Shown: positions 1 through 10,380, counted from the first letter of the stretch. The stretch: 64,000 nucleotides of DNA from Deltaproteobacteria bacterium (GCA_040218735.1 JAVJQW010000070.1:160001-224000), one strand, 5' to 3'. Translations and numbers: made by a program. The notes: generated from the letters alone by a model not told the origin.

Positions 1-1
1 C

Positions 2-262
2 TTCGTCGGCGACCCGCCACCCCCCATCGCGCTGGACGACGGATGGATCGCGCCTCGCCGGGTCGCGGAGGTGCACACGATGGCTGTCTGCGTCCGCACG
101 GGTCCGCCGGAGCGATCCCACGTCGCGTCCGCGCGTGTCGCGCGGTTCGTCGAGGCCCGGGGTTATCGTATCGGCGCACCGACGCGCGAGGTCTTCGTCG
201 CGCCGTTCGATCCGGCGAGGCCGGAGTCGGCCGTCGTCGAGATGCAGTTTCCGCTGCGCTAA
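2..262 (+). CDS. Partial CDS (5' end outside window), GyrI-like effector-binding domain, probably the C-terminus of a transcriptional regulator
   Basis: Frame is open from base 2. The ending 'GYRIGAPTREVF...VVEMQFPLR' resembles GyrI-like domain C-termini. Stop overlaps the convergent TPR gene. Confidence 0.5.
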   Translation, partial: FVGDPPPPIALDDGWIAPRRVAEVHTMAVCVRTGPPERSHVASARVARFVEARGYRIGAPTREVFVAPFDPARPESAVVEMQFPLR

Positions 263-2724
263 CGCAGCGAATCACACAACACGCGCGCGCTCTTCGAGTA
301 GCGCAGCGAGTTGCCGGCCTCGAGGTACTCGTCGCAGGCCTTCAGCGCCTTGTCCTTGTCGGTGCGGTTCTTCGCGAGGGTGTACGCGAGCCGGTACCAG
401 CCCTCGAGCGCGCCCATCTGCGCCGCCTTCTCGAAGGAGTTCGCCGCCGTCACCGCCTCGCCGCGGTCGTCCATGAGGCGCCCGTAGGAGATGAGGACGT
501 CGGCCTGCTCCGACAGCGGGTGACGGCTCATGTTCTCGATCGCCGTCTCGAGCTCCTTCTTCGCCTCGTCGAGGCGGTTGAGGCGCCGGTAGTGCCGACC
601 CAGCTCGAGGTGCACGTTCATGCGCATCGTCGGGTGTTTCTCGAGGAGCCCCTTCAGGTAGCTCTCGGTGTTCGCCTGCTTCGTGCGACGCAGCCACCGC
701 GCTTTCGCGATCAGCGCCTCGGAGTCGTTCGGCGCCTTCGCGAGCGCATCGTCGATCGCCTTCTTCGCCTCGTCGTACTGGCCGTTGCGCATCTTCGCCT
801 CCGCCAGCTCCACGAGGAACGCCCAACGGTACGGCTCCATGTCGACCGCCTTCTGCAGCGGCTCGATCGCTTCCTTCGCGCGATCCTGTTCGAGCAACCA
901 CCGGCCGAGCCCGAACGGGAAGTCTGCGTTGCTCGGGTCGAGGCGGACCGCCTGCTCGTAGGCCCCGGTCGCCTTCGCGTCCTCACCCGCCGAACGCAGG
1001 ATCTCGCTGCGCGCGAACTCCGCCATCGCTTGGTCACGCGGCGAGATGTTCTTCGGCTGCTCGCGGGCGAGTTTGTCGAACCGCAACAGGTCCGCCGCCG
1101 CGAGCTTGAGGTTGCCGCGGTCGAGCCGCGCGAGCGCAAGCCCGGCCAACGCACCGGGGTGACTCGGCTCCGCGCGCAGCGCCGCCGAGAAGCCTGCGAC
1201 CGCGGTCCCGGTACGGCGCGCACGATACGCCGCGCGCGCGTGCCAGACCTTCGCGCGCACGCTCCCCGGGAGGACCTCCTTCACGCGCGCCAGCGATCGC
1301 GTCGCCTGCTCGTACTCGCCGAGCCGCAACTCCGCGAGCGCGAGCGCGACGTCCGCGTGCGTCGGTGCGGCGCCGCCGGCCTGATTCTCTTGAATGTAAG
1401 GCTGCGCGATCTTCGCCGCCTTCTCAGCGGACGCGTGACGATCGCTGCCGTCGTACAGCGCCGTGAGCGCCGCGGCGGCCACGGTGTGGGAGACACGCGG
1501 CGCCTTGGCCTGGGCCTTCGCGAGGATCGCGTCGAGCTTCGGCTTCAGGTCGCTCTCGCCGTGCTCGCCCCAGAGGATCGCGTACGTGTGCGCGAGCCGC
1601 CCGAGCGACAGCGCGTGGTCTTCGTCGTGGTCCTCGACGATTTCTTCGAGGTAACCCGCCGCCGCCTTGTAGCTGCCGTAGGTGTCGCGGTTGAACGCGG
1701 GCACGGCCTTCGTCGTGAGTTGATCGATCGCTTCGACCGTCGCCTTGGAGATCAGCCGCTGCGCGATGAGCCCGAGCCCCACGACCGTGAGGACGGCGAC
1801 GAGGATCAACGTCGTCTTCGGACGACCGCGATCCGGCTTCTCCTGCGCGACGGCCTGCGCGATCTTCTCCAGCTCGTCCTCGCCCTCGAGGATCTGCGGC
1901 ACGACCGAGTTCGCGCGCCCCGGCAGGATCGAGTTGGAGCGCGGCAGCGGCGCGGGTCGTCCGGACAACGGGGCCGCGCCCGAGATCGGCGCCCCACCGG
2001 AGATCGGCGCCCCACCGGAGATCGGCAAGTCGCCGGTGCTCGACGACGGCGCCAGCACGGGCGAGATCTGAACGCCGGATCCGGGCCGCGCTTGCGCGGG
2101 CGTGACCGACACGCCGCGCGGCGGCATCGACGGGAGATCCTGCGAAGCTGCGACGAGATCGACGCTCGCGGGCGGCGGAGGGGGCGGCGCAGCGGGCGCG
2201 GGCTCCGGTTCGGGCTCCGGCTCCGGGTACGTGATCCCGTGTTCGGCGAGGAGGCTCGACGCTTCCGCGAGTCCGCGATCGAGATCGACGGCGCGCTTCA
2301 GATCCTCGACGCCGTCGTCCTTGGATCCACTCGCGATGCGCACACGCCCGCGCGCGAGGAAGACCGGCGCGGCCTCGCCGTGCGACTCGGCGAGCTTGTC
2401 GAGCTCGGTGAGCGCGCGCTTGTACTTCTTCTGCTCCGCGTACACGCGCGCGAGCAGAATCCGGCCATCAATGGCATCCGGATGCGCCTTGATGCCCTTC
2501 TTGCAGACGACCATCGCCTCCATGAAGCGGCCTTGCGCCAGATAAGCCTCACAGAGATCTACGAACGCGTTCGACTCCGGATTCTGCGCGAACTGAAGCT
2601 CCAGCTCCGTGATGGATGCGTGCGTCTTCGCGGCATCCTTCGGCGCTGCGCCGTTCGCGCTCTTTCCGTTGCCTGCGCTTTCTTCGACCTCTGAGGAGGG
2701 GGACTCGGTGTCACCCGCCGACAT
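259..2724 (-). CDS. Membrane-anchored tetratricopeptide repeat protein
   Basis: 821 aa: N-terminal TPRs, Pro-rich linker, one TM segment (TLILVAVLTVVGLGLIA), many C-terminal TPRs. Strong GC3 codon bias. Confidence 0.8.
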   Translation of the reverse strand: MSAGDTESPSSEVEESAGNGKSANGAAPKDAAKTHASITELELQFAQNPESNAFVDLCEAYLAQGRFMEAMVVCKKGIKAHPDAIDGRILLARVYAEQKKYKRALTELDKLAESHGEAAPVFLARGRVRIASGSKDDGVEDLKRAVDLDRGLAEASSLLAEHGITYPEPEPEPEPAPAAPPPPPPASVDLVAASQDLPSMPPRGVSVTPAQARPGSGVQISPVLAPSSSTGDLPISGGAPISGGAPISGAAPLSGRPAPLPRSNSILPGRANSVVPQILEGEDELEKIAQAVAQEKPDRGRPKTTLILVAVLTVVGLGLIAQRLISKATVEAIDQLTTKAVPAFNRDTYGSYKAAAGYLEEIVEDHDEDHALSLGRLAHTYAILWGEHGESDLKPKLDAILAKAQAKAPRVSHTVAAAALTALYDGSDRHASAEKAAKIAQPYIQENQAGGAAPTHADVALALAELRLGEYEQATRSLARVKEVLPGSVRAKVWHARAAYRARRTGTAVAGFSAALRAEPSHPGALAGLALARLDRGNLKLAAADLLRFDKLAREQPKNISPRDQAMAEFARSEILRSAGEDAKATGAYEQAVRLDPSNADFPFGLGRWLLEQDRAKEAIEPLQKAVDMEPYRWAFLVELAEAKMRNGQYDEAKKAIDDALAKAPNDSEALIAKARWLRRTKQANTESYLKGLLEKHPTMRMNVHLELGRHYRRLNRLDEAKKELETAIENMSRHPLSEQADVLISYGRLMDDRGEAVTAANSFEKAAQMGALEGWYRLAYTLAKNRTDKDKALKACDEYLEAGNSLRYSKSARVLCDSLR
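1982..2026. repeat. 18-bp tandem repeat (about 2.5 copies) encoding PISGGA in the TPR protein linker
   Basis: GAGATCGGCGCCCCACCG twice, followed by GAGATCGGC. Confidence 0.85.
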
Positions 2725-2780
2725 CGGATGGCAGTGCTATCAGACGACCGATACCGCCGTCAAAATACGCTGAATTTTCC

Positions 2781-2809
2781 TTGCCCTTACGACGGACACT
2801 GTGTAGAGA
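2781..2809 (+). promoter_or_regulatory. Putative sigma70-type promoter for tRNA-Ala
   Basis: TTGCCC-17 nt-TAGAGA in an AT-enriched intergenic region 14 nt upstream of the tRNA. Confidence 0.45.
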
Positions 2810-2823
2810 CCTGGTCCTCCGTT

Positions 2824-2896
2824 GGGGGAGTAGCTCAGCTGGGAGAGCGCTGCGTTCGCAATGCAGAGGTCGTGGGTTCAAGTCCCATCTTCTCCA
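2824..2896 (+). tRNA. tRNA-Ala (anticodon CGC), CCA not encoded
   Basis: Cloverleaf: acceptor GGGGGAG/CTTCTCC with the G3:U70 Ala identity pair, D-arm AGCTCAGCTGGGAGAGC, anticodon arm CTGCG-TTCGCAA-TGCAG, T-loop GGTTCAAGTCC. Confidence 0.95.
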
Positions 2897-2960
2897 TCCT
2901 AAAATCGCTCCAGAGGTTCTTCACATGCGGCCCGGTGGCAAGAAGGACGAAGAGCGAGCC

Positions 2961-3146
2961 ATGATGTCGAGCCAACAGCTCGAGATCACCAAAGCCGCCA
3001 TCGAGGCGACCGCCCAGGTCACCGCTGCGATGGTCAGCGTCACGAACGAAAAGAACCCGGCCAAGATCAGCGAGGCCTACCGCGTCATCTACAAGACGGT
3101 GATGGACGTGGTGAAGGGCCAGCAGAAGAAGGGCCCCGGCGTCTAA
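2961..3146 (+). CDS. Small hypothetical protein (61 aa)
   Basis: ATG after a purine-rich leader; typical GC3 codon usage; MMSSQQLEITKAAIEAT...KISEAYRVIYKTV. The ORF-track start at 2616 overlaps the tRNA, so I moved it. Confidence 0.65.
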   Translation: MMSSQQLEITKAAIEATAQVTAAMVSVTNEKNPAKISEAYRVIYKTVMDVVKGQQKKGPGV

Positions 3147-3194
3147 GACCCGCCTCGGGTGATTCGCGGTCCCAAGACCGGGTATCCTGCGTCC

Positions 3195-4121
3195 ATGCGG
3201 CGCATCCTCGTCGGCCTCCTCGGCCTCCCCGCCCTGCTCATGACCTCGCCCGCCTGGGCAGAGGACGACGTCCCGGACCTCGTGGACGCCATGGGCGTCG
3301 AGGAGACCCGCTTCGAGGTCGTCCCGCGCGACGCCGCCGACGGGCGCACGCAGGCGCCCATCGAGGCCGACGACCCCGTCACCATCCCCCTCGTCCGCGA
3401 CATCGCCCACCGCGACGAGGGCCGGGTGTACCTGGATCCCTTCCTCGGCCGCGAGATCTACCCCGAGCTGTCGGCTCGGGTGTTCACCGCGTTCGGGCGC
3501 AAGCGCTTCGCCAACGGCGGTGAGCCAGGCGGCGGCGACGGCACGATGGCCCTCGTGGGCCGCGCCGACGTGTCGCTGTGGTTCTTGGACCTGCGGCTCC
3601 CCGTCGACTCCTCCGCGCGCGAGGACTCGGGACCGTTCGAGCTGGTCCTCAAGGCCCCCTTCGGGATCGGCCACCACCGCTTCGCCCCGCTCCTCGTCGT
3701 CCACGTCGCGGATCGGCTCGCGACCTCCGTCGTGGAGGCGGGTATCGGCTACCACTACGCACGCCAGGGCCTGGCGCTGAAGCTGGAGGTCACCGCGTTC
3801 GACGGCGCGCCGGATCGCACCCGCGTCGGCGCGATCGGCGGCAAGCTCGGCTGGAACGCGCAGGTCTCCTACCTGCTCACGGATCACGTCGGCTTCGTCG
3901 TCGAGGCCGACGGCGTCACCGCGATCTCCGAGCGCGAAGGACAGCCGCCCCCGGCGGTCGGCGACACGATCGTGCGGCTGCTCCCCGGCGTTCGCTTCTT
4001 CCTCCCCGAAGCGGACGGCGTCGAGCTCGGCGTCGCCGGGCTCCTCACCTTCGTTCCGGACGGCTACGGCGTCGCGCGCACCGAGGGGCTGCTGCTCGAC
4101 TTCGCGTACACCTTCTTCTAA
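3195..4121 (+). CDS. Secreted protein, probable outer-membrane beta-barrel
   Basis: Signal peptide MRRILVGLLGLPALLMTSPAWA, alternating beta-strand pattern, aromatic C-terminus (DFAYTFF). Confidence 0.65.
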   Translation: MRRILVGLLGLPALLMTSPAWAEDDVPDLVDAMGVEETRFEVVPRDAADGRTQAPIEADDPVTIPLVRDIAHRDEGRVYLDPFLGREIYPELSARVFTAFGRKRFANGGEPGGGDGTMALVGRADVSLWFLDLRLPVDSSAREDSGPFELVLKAPFGIGHHRFAPLLVVHVADRLATSVVEAGIGYHYARQGLALKLEVTAFDGAPDRTRVGAIGGKLGWNAQVSYLLTDHVGFVVEADGVTAISEREGQPPPAVGDTIVRLLPGVRFFLPEADGVELGVAGLLTFVPDGYGVARTEGLLLDFAYTFF

Positions 4122-4134
4122 CCACACGCCCACG

Positions 4135-5853
4135 GTGGCCTTCGACGACAGCGGCCTCGACGCCGACCAGCGCGCCGCCGTCCTCTGCGACGACGAACAG
4201 ATCCTGGTCCTCGCGGGCGCGGGGAGCGGCAAGACCAACACCCTCGTCCACCGCGTCGCGCGGCTCGTGGATCGCGGCGTGGCCCCAGAGCGGATCGTCC
4301 TCGCCACGTTCACCAACCGTGCGGCCCGGGCGATGATCCAACGGGCCGCCGCCCACCTCGGGTCGCGCGCCACGCGTGTCCGCGCCGGGACCTTCCACCA
4401 GCTCGCGTACCGCCACCTGCGCGAACGAGGCGCCGAGATCGGGCTCCCGGAGCGCCTCACCATCCTCGACCGCCGCGGCGCCGCCGCCGCGCTCGCGGAG
4501 GCCATCGAAGGCCCGCCACCGCCCGGGCTCCTCGACGTGCTCTCCTACGCCGTCAACGCGGACGTCGATCTCGCCCACGCCGCCCGCGTGCGCCGGTTCG
4601 AGTCGAACCTACCGCTCGAGGAGGTCGCGGACCGCTTCGCCGACGCCAAGGCGCGGCGCGGCGCGTTGGACTTCGACGACCTCCTGGTCGCCTGGGAGCT
4701 CCTCCTCCTGCGACGCCCCCCGACCGACGTCGACCACGTGCTCGTCGACGAGTTCCAGGACACCAACCCGATCCAAGCGCGCATCGCCGCGCGGCTCGGC
4801 GGTCATCGCTTCGCGGTCGGCGACGCGCTCCAGTCGATCTACGCGTTCCGCGGCGCGCGCCACGCGAACATCCTCGAGCTCGCCGACGATCCGCGCACGA
4901 CGGTCTTCACCCTCACCACGACCTACCGATGCCCGCCGGCCGTGGTGCGGATCGCCAACGCGATCGCGGCGCCGCTGCCGCGCGCGGAGCCTCTCGTCGC
5001 CGCACGATCGTCCGGGCCCGACGTCACCCACCTCGCGCCCTTCGACGAAGCCGACGAGGCGGAGCAGCTCACGAACACGATCCGCCGCCACCTCGAAGCG
5101 GGCGCGCGCCCCGGCGACATCGCGGTGCTCTTTCGCCTCCACAGCCACGGCGAAGCGATCGAAGCCGCCTTGGCACACGCCGCGCTCCCGTACGCGCTCC
5201 GCGGCGCGCGACGTTACTTCGACGCGACCCCACTGCTATCGGCCTACCTCGCGGTGCTCGCCGGCGAGGCGGACGACGACGCCTGGCGCGCTGTCATCCG
5301 CGCCGAACCCGGCGTCGGCGCGGTCACCGCGGATCGCGCGCTGGTCGCGACGAACCGCGAGGCCCCGTTCACGTTCCTCCGGCGCGTCCCGAACCTCGTC
5401 CCCCTCGCCCATCGGCTCGACGACCTGCTCCATCGCTCACCCGCCGAAGCGATCGAAGCCCTCCTCGACTCGCCGCCGTTCGCCGAGCACCGCGCCGTAC
5501 TCGGGCCCGTGGCGCACCTCGCGCGCGAGCACTCCCGGTTCACGGACCTGCTCGCCGACGTCGCGCTCGCATCGGAGCCTCTCGACGACGGACGCGACCA
5601 CATCACGCTCAGCACCGTGCACCAGGCGAAGGGTTTGGAGTGGCCGATCGTCGCGGTGCTCCGCGTGAACGACGGCGCCTTCCCACCGTCCCACGCGGAG
5701 GACGAAGACGAGGAGCGCCGCCTCCTCTTCGTCGCCGCGACGCGCGCGAAGGACTCCCTGATCCTCTCCGTGCCGCGCGCCGCGATGACCCCGTCGGGCC
5801 CCCTCCCCGCCGCGCCTTCGCGGTTCATCGCGGGCCTGCTCAGCGAACGGTGA
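4135..5853 (+). CDS. UvrD/Rep/PcrA family SF1 ATP-dependent DNA helicase
   Basis: Motifs AGAGSGKT, VDEFQD, VGDALQSIYAFRGA, TVHQAKGLEW, EERRLLFVAATRA. Confidence 0.9.
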   Translation: MAFDDSGLDADQRAAVLCDDEQILVLAGAGSGKTNTLVHRVARLVDRGVAPERIVLATFTNRAARAMIQRAAAHLGSRATRVRAGTFHQLAYRHLRERGAEIGLPERLTILDRRGAAAALAEAIEGPPPPGLLDVLSYAVNADVDLAHAARVRRFESNLPLEEVADRFADAKARRGALDFDDLLVAWELLLLRRPPTDVDHVLVDEFQDTNPIQARIAARLGGHRFAVGDALQSIYAFRGARHANILELADDPRTTVFTLTTTYRCPPAVVRIANAIAAPLPRAEPLVAARSSGPDVTHLAPFDEADEAEQLTNTIRRHLEAGARPGDIAVLFRLHSHGEAIEAALAHAALPYALRGARRYFDATPLLSAYLAVLAGEADDDAWRAVIRAEPGVGAVTADRALVATNREAPFTFLRRVPNLVPLAHRLDDLLHRSPAEAIEALLDSPPFAEHRAVLGPVAHLAREHSRFTDLLADVALASEPLDDGRDHITLSTVHQAKGLEWPIVAVLRVNDGAFPPSHAEDEDEERRLLFVAATRAKDSLILSVPRAAMTPSGPLPAAPSRFIAGLLSER

Positions 5854-6259
5854 AGAACATCGCGGCGCGCGCGGAGAGCTTCACGCCGATCCCGCGCACG
5901 CGTCGAAGATCTTCGACGGACGTGAACGGACCGTAGAGCGCGCGGTCCTCGACGATCCGCGCCGCGAGCTTCGCGCCGATCCCGGGCACCATCTCGAGGT
6001 CTTCGGCCGTCGCCTCCGCGAGCGCGATCTTGCGTCCCGCCCACAGCCCCTGGACCGGCGCGAGCGCAGCCCCCGCGACCCCACAACGCACGGCGCCGTC
6101 CACCCGCGCCGCGTCCTCGCAGACCGGCATCGGCGTGAGCGTCTCGGCCGGGAGCCACAGCCGACCCACCGACGGGACCAGACACAGCACCGCGAGGATC
6201 GCGAGCGCGTAGACACGCGTCACTTCGCGGGTGTTGAGGCGGACCACCGCGGCGAGCAT
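5840..6259 (-). CDS. ComEA-like helix-hairpin-helix DNA-binding protein
   Basis: N-terminal TM segment plus 'ATAEDLEMVPGIGAKLAARIVEDRALYGPFTSVEDLRRVRGIG'. Confidence 0.85.
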   Translation of the reverse strand: MLAAVVRLNTREVTRVYALAILAVLCLVPSVGRLWLPAETLTPMPVCEDAARVDGAVRCGVAGAALAPVQGLWAGRKIALAEATAEDLEMVPGIGAKLAARIVEDRALYGPFTSVEDLRRVRGIGVKLSARAAMFFTVR

Positions 6260-6295
6260 AGCCGACCCGCGGCCCGCCCCGCGCGCGGAATTCGT

Positions 6296-9200
6296 TCAGT
6301 GCCGCAGCTTCGCCTCGAGCTTTTCGATGCGGGCCTCGACGGCGCCGCGCTTCTGCGATTTCGGCGCGAGCACGAGGAAACGTTTGTAGGCGTCGAGCGC
6401 CGCCCGGAGGTCGGAGAGCTTTTCGTACTTCCGGCCGAGGTTCCAATACACACACGACGCGTTCGGGTGCTGCCCCTCCAACGCCTCCAGCGCGCGGACC
6501 GCCTCGCGGTTGTTGTCGAGGTGGTTCCGGAGGATGGCGACGCACTTGTCGTTCGGCGTCATGTCGTCGGTGATCGGGATCGTCTTCTTCTTGTTCTCGA
6601 CGGGCGCGAGCTTCGCCGCCGGAGCGCTGCGTTTCGGCTCCGTCGACGGGGGCGGCGCCGGCGGCGGATCCGCGCGCCGCGGCCGCCACGCGCCCAGCGC
6701 GGCGAGCGCGACCTTCGCCTTGTCGGCCTCCAGCGTGGTCGAGTGCAGCCTGCGCAGCTCGCGGTAGTGTTTGATCGCCTCGGCGTTGTCGCCGGTGTCC
6801 CGCAGCGCGTCCGCGTAACCGAGGAGCGCCTCCGCGTGCAGCTCGTCGGACGGGTCGAGCTGCGCCACCGCCGCGGCGTACAGACGCACCGCGTCCTCCA
6901 GGTGGTTCGACGCACGCGCCGCGACGGCGTCGCGGTACTGCTCCTTCGCCGCGCGCGGCCGCTGCAGCGGCGGGTCCATGGTGTCGGAATTCACCGTGAC
7001 CACGCGGGGCGCGATCTTCGGGCCCCCCTCCTCCGCCGTCTCGGCGGCGCCCGTGTAGGTGACCTTCTTCGGTGACGGCTGTTTGAGCCGGCCGAGGAAC
7101 AGCCCGATCGCCACCGACGCGAGCGTGGCGGACAGCAGCAGGATCCCGCGGCGCCGGATCATCCGCATCCGGTCCTCGGGCGCGTTCGACAGCGGCTTGC
7201 CCGTCACGCGCACCTGCACGGGGTTCGGGCGCTTCCGCTCCGCGTTCGGCGCGCGGTCCGTGCCAAACGTCTTGCGCGCCACCGCGGCGCTGCGCGGGAC
7301 GTCCAGCTCCGGCATCGAGCCCGAGCCGGGGTCGAGCTCGATCTCCCGCCCGACGCCCTCGACGTGCACGTCCGTCGGGTTCGCCTCCGCTGGATCCTGC
7401 ACCTGGCTGTCGCCGCGCGCCCGGACGACGTCACCCGTGACCGGCGCGCCCGTCACCACCGGCGCCTCCCCGCCCTTCGGGAGCTGGAACCCGGTCTGCG
7501 TGGGGAGCTCGTCCGGCTTGAGCGCTTCGAGCGGCGCCGGCTTCACGACGACATCGTCTTCGTCGACCAGCGACGCCTCGATGCGCGACGAACGTTTCTT
7601 CTTCGCCGGCTGCGCGCGGATGACCTGCTCGGTCTCCACGTTGCCCTGGTGCGATCGCAGCGGCGCGTTGCGAATGTTCGAAGGCACCCGCCGCGACGGG
7701 TCCGCCACCGTCTCGGCGTCGTGGCCCTCGTCGGTCGATTCGTCGTTCGACAGCGAGTGCGAAGCGTAGATGTCCGGCGCCGGCTCGCCATCCGCGGTCT
7801 TGTCGCTGTCGCCGAGCGGCACCGCGAGCGAGGGTGAAGTGTCGTCGCCCGGCATCGGGCCGAAGGACGGTTCGAGCTCCTCCGCGATGAGGTCCGCGAT
7901 TTGCGGCTTGCCGCCGGGCATCAGCTCGCGCGTCTCGCGCTGCAGCGCGAGCTCGGGCCGCGTACCGAGGACGTCCGCGACGCGCACCGGCGCCTCGCGA
8001 TGTGAAGGCGCGATCTCCGTCTCGCCGTCCGAGATGCCCGACGACGTCACCGCGTCCACGTCCGACGCCGAGGGCCTCGGCAGCGGTGGGGGCGTCACCT
8101 TCGTCGGCATCGGCGGCGGCTGGACCGCGTTCTCCAGCAGCTCCGTCTCGGGCGGCGCGCTGGGCGGACGCGCCGGCAGCCGGTGCTCCGCCTCCGTCTC
8201 CTCGGGGGGCGGCGCGGCGACGCGACCGGTGTCCTCGTCGTCCGCGTGGTGATGCGGCGCGAGCGGCGTCGGCGCCGACGGGCTCGTCGTCTCGCGCTCG
8301 CTCGTCGCCTCCTCCTCGAGATCCCGCGGCGTCGCCGCGTCCGAGACGAAGAAGAGCGACTGGACGTGCCGCAGCGCCTGCGCGGCCTCACCCGCCGTCG
8401 CGTAGCGCGCGGCCGGGTCCTTCGCGAGCATCCGGTCGATGACCTGCGAGAGCGCCTGCCCGCTGGGTGTGTCGCGCCCGAGCTTGGGGTGCGACGCCTT
8501 CGCGATCTTGTCGATGACCTCGTAGACGTCCTCGCCGACGAACGGCGCTTCACCGGTCAGCATCGTGAAGAGCAGGACGCCGAGCGAGAAGATGTCGGCG
8601 CGCCCGTCGATCGCGATCTCTTTTTCGCGGAGGCGCTCCGGCGCCAGATAACTCGGCGTCCCGAGGATCTGCCCCTGACGCGTCAGCGCGACGCTCCCGG
8701 TCTTGGCGATGCCGAAGTCGAGCAGCACCGCCTCGCGCTCTCCGCGCAGGAAAATGTTCGAAGGTTTGATGTCGCGGTGGATGATCCCGCCGTCGTGACT
8801 CAGCTGGAGCGCCTCCGCGATGTCCGCCGCGATGGTGACCGCGACGTCGTCCTCGAGGCGGTGCTCCTCGCGCAGCACCCGCGCGAGCGAGCGCCCGTCG
8901 AGGTACTCCATCACGTAGTAGTACAGCGACGGGACCCGGCGGTTCGTCACCGGGTCGAGCTCACGCTCCATCCCCGAGTCGTGAATCGTGACGATCGCCG
9001 GGTGGTGCAGCCGACCGACCACCTTCACTTCGCGCTTGAAGCGTTCGATGACCTCCTCGCGCTCCTCTTCGGGCACGAGGTCGGGTTCGATCGTCTTGAT
9101 CGCGACGCGCCGATCGATGCCCGGGTCCCAGGCCTCGTACACCACGCCCATCCCGCCGCGGCCGAGCTCGCCGACGACGACGTAGCGCCCGACGGTCAGT

Positions 9201-9349
9201 CGCGATTCGGGGTGCCGAGTCCGCGCCGCCAGACGCTCCACCACCGACGACGGGAGGTCGTCCACGTCGAGCCCGACGCGGTCGAGGACTTCATCGACGC
9301 GGGCTCGCACCTGGCCGTCGGCCAGGGCGGCTGAAGAGGGATCGACCAC
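6296..9349 (-). CDS. Membrane Ser/Thr protein kinase with C-terminal TPR region
   Basis: LGRGGMGVVY, VAIK, HRDIKPSN, DFG, GTPSYLAPE; long acidic/Pro linker, TM segment, TPR-like helices. Confidence 0.9.
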   Translation of the reverse strand: MVDPSSAALADGQVRARVDEVLDRVGLDVDDLPSSVVERLAARTRHPESRLTVGRYVVVGELGRGGMGVVYEAWDPGIDRRVAIKTIEPDLVPEEEREEVIERFKREVKVVGRLHHPAIVTIHDSGMERELDPVTNRRVPSLYYYVMEYLDGRSLARVLREEHRLEDDVAVTIAADIAEALQLSHDGGIIHRDIKPSNIFLRGEREAVLLDFGIAKTGSVALTRQGQILGTPSYLAPERLREKEIAIDGRADIFSLGVLLFTMLTGEAPFVGEDVYEVIDKIAKASHPKLGRDTPSGQALSQVIDRMLAKDPAARYATAGEAAQALRHVQSLFFVSDAATPRDLEEEATSERETTSPSAPTPLAPHHHADDEDTGRVAAPPPEETEAEHRLPARPPSAPPETELLENAVQPPPMPTKVTPPPLPRPSASDVDAVTSSGISDGETEIAPSHREAPVRVADVLGTRPELALQRETRELMPGGKPQIADLIAEELEPSFGPMPGDDTSPSLAVPLGDSDKTADGEPAPDIYASHSLSNDESTDEGHDAETVADPSRRVPSNIRNAPLRSHQGNVETEQVIRAQPAKKKRSSRIEASLVDEDDVVVKPAPLEALKPDELPTQTGFQLPKGGEAPVVTGAPVTGDVVRARGDSQVQDPAEANPTDVHVEGVGREIELDPGSGSMPELDVPRSAAVARKTFGTDRAPNAERKRPNPVQVRVTGKPLSNAPEDRMRMIRRRGILLLSATLASVAIGLFLGRLKQPSPKKVTYTGAAETAEEGGPKIAPRVVTVNSDTMDPPLQRPRAAKEQYRDAVAARASNHLEDAVRLYAAAVAQLDPSDELHAEALLGYADALRDTGDNAEAIKHYRELRRLHSTTLEADKAKVALAALGAWRPRRADPPPAPPPSTEPKRSAPAAKLAPVENKKKTIPITDDMTPNDKCVAILRNHLDNNREAVRALEALEGQHPNASCVYWNLGRKYEKLSDLRAALDAYKRFLVLAPKSQKRGAVEARIEKLEAKLRH

Positions 9350-9426
9350 CGGCCCGAGCGATCCTAGGGGCCCGAAAGATCTCGGTCAATCGAGCGGTCA
9401 AACGGGTGGTGCGCCCGAAGGCTCGG

Positions 9427-10365
9427 TCAGGGGACCTGAACCTGCACGGGGCCCGGCACGAGCGTGAACTTCGCGGGGAGACGGCCCGGTTGCTCGCCGT
9501 CCACGTCCAGCAGCACACGATCGGAGGACTCGGCCTCCACGGTGACCCCTCGGCGTGTGTTCACGGAGTCCCACTGCGCCATCTTGCCGCTGTAGAGGTC
9601 CCCCACGTTGAGCACCTCCTTCACCCCGGTGCGCTCTTGGACCACCACGTCGAACTGGCCGTCGTCGATCTCGGCGTTCTGCGCGAACCGCATCCCACCC
9701 CCGAAGTACTGCCCGTTCGCCACGGCGCAGGTGACCAGGAGCCCATCGTGCAGCGGCGCGCCGTCGACCGAGATGCGCACCGACGTCCGGCGGTAACTCG
9801 CCATCGCCCGCCCCACCCCGAGCATGAACGACGCCTTGCCGCCGAGGGCCTTGCTGCTGTGGTTGACCTTGTCGACCACCACGCCCGACAGCCCGAAGCT
9901 CGCGATGTTCAGGAACGCGCGCCGCCCGGGGCGGCCGTCGTGGTCCACGTACTCCACCAGCCCCAGATCACACGTGCGGGTCTTGCCGCTCTTCAGGTGC
10001 GCGACGGCCTCCGGGATCTTGTGCGACAGGTCGAGGTAACGCGCGAAGTCACCGCCGGTGCCGGCGCGGATCGACGCGAGGACGAGGCCGGTTTTGGTGG
10101 GGGCGTCGCCGATCCCCATCGCCTCGTCCGCCGGGAACAGGCCGTTCACGACCTCGTTCATCGTCCCGTCGCCGCCGACGCAGGCGATGCGCTCGTACCC
10201 GGCCTCGACCGCTTCGCGCGCGAGCCGCGTCGCGTCGCCGGGCGCGACGGTGAACTGGTTGTCCCAGCGCTCCAGCACGTCGTCGAGGGCCGCGCGGATC
10301 TCCGGCCAGTGGCGACCCGTCGCGCCGTTGGCGCTCGCGGGGTTGACGATGACGCACGTGTACAT
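9427..10365 (-). CDS. Diacylglycerol/lipid kinase family protein (YegS/DgkB-like)
   Basis: NPASANG, GGDGTMNE, GTGGDFAR, NGQYFGGG, DGE motifs. Confidence 0.9.
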   Translation of the reverse strand: MYTCVIVNPASANGATGRHWPEIRAALDDVLERWDNQFTVAPGDATRLAREAVEAGYERIACVGGDGTMNEVVNGLFPADEAMGIGDAPTKTGLVLASIRAGTGGDFARYLDLSHKIPEAVAHLKSGKTRTCDLGLVEYVDHDGRPGRRAFLNIASFGLSGVVVDKVNHSSKALGGKASFMLGVGRAMASYRRTSVRISVDGAPLHDGLLVTCAVANGQYFGGGMRFAQNAEIDDGQFDVVVQERTGVKEVLNVGDLYSGKMAQWDSVNTRRGVTVEAESSDRVLLDVDGEQPGRLPAKFTLVPGPVQVQVP

Positions 10366-10380
10366 GGCTGGCCCTCGGTA

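Noticed and set aside
2824-6259. Genomic island integrated at tRNA-Ala
   Set aside because: No adjacent integrase, no duplicated tRNA 3' end seen, and no compositional shift.
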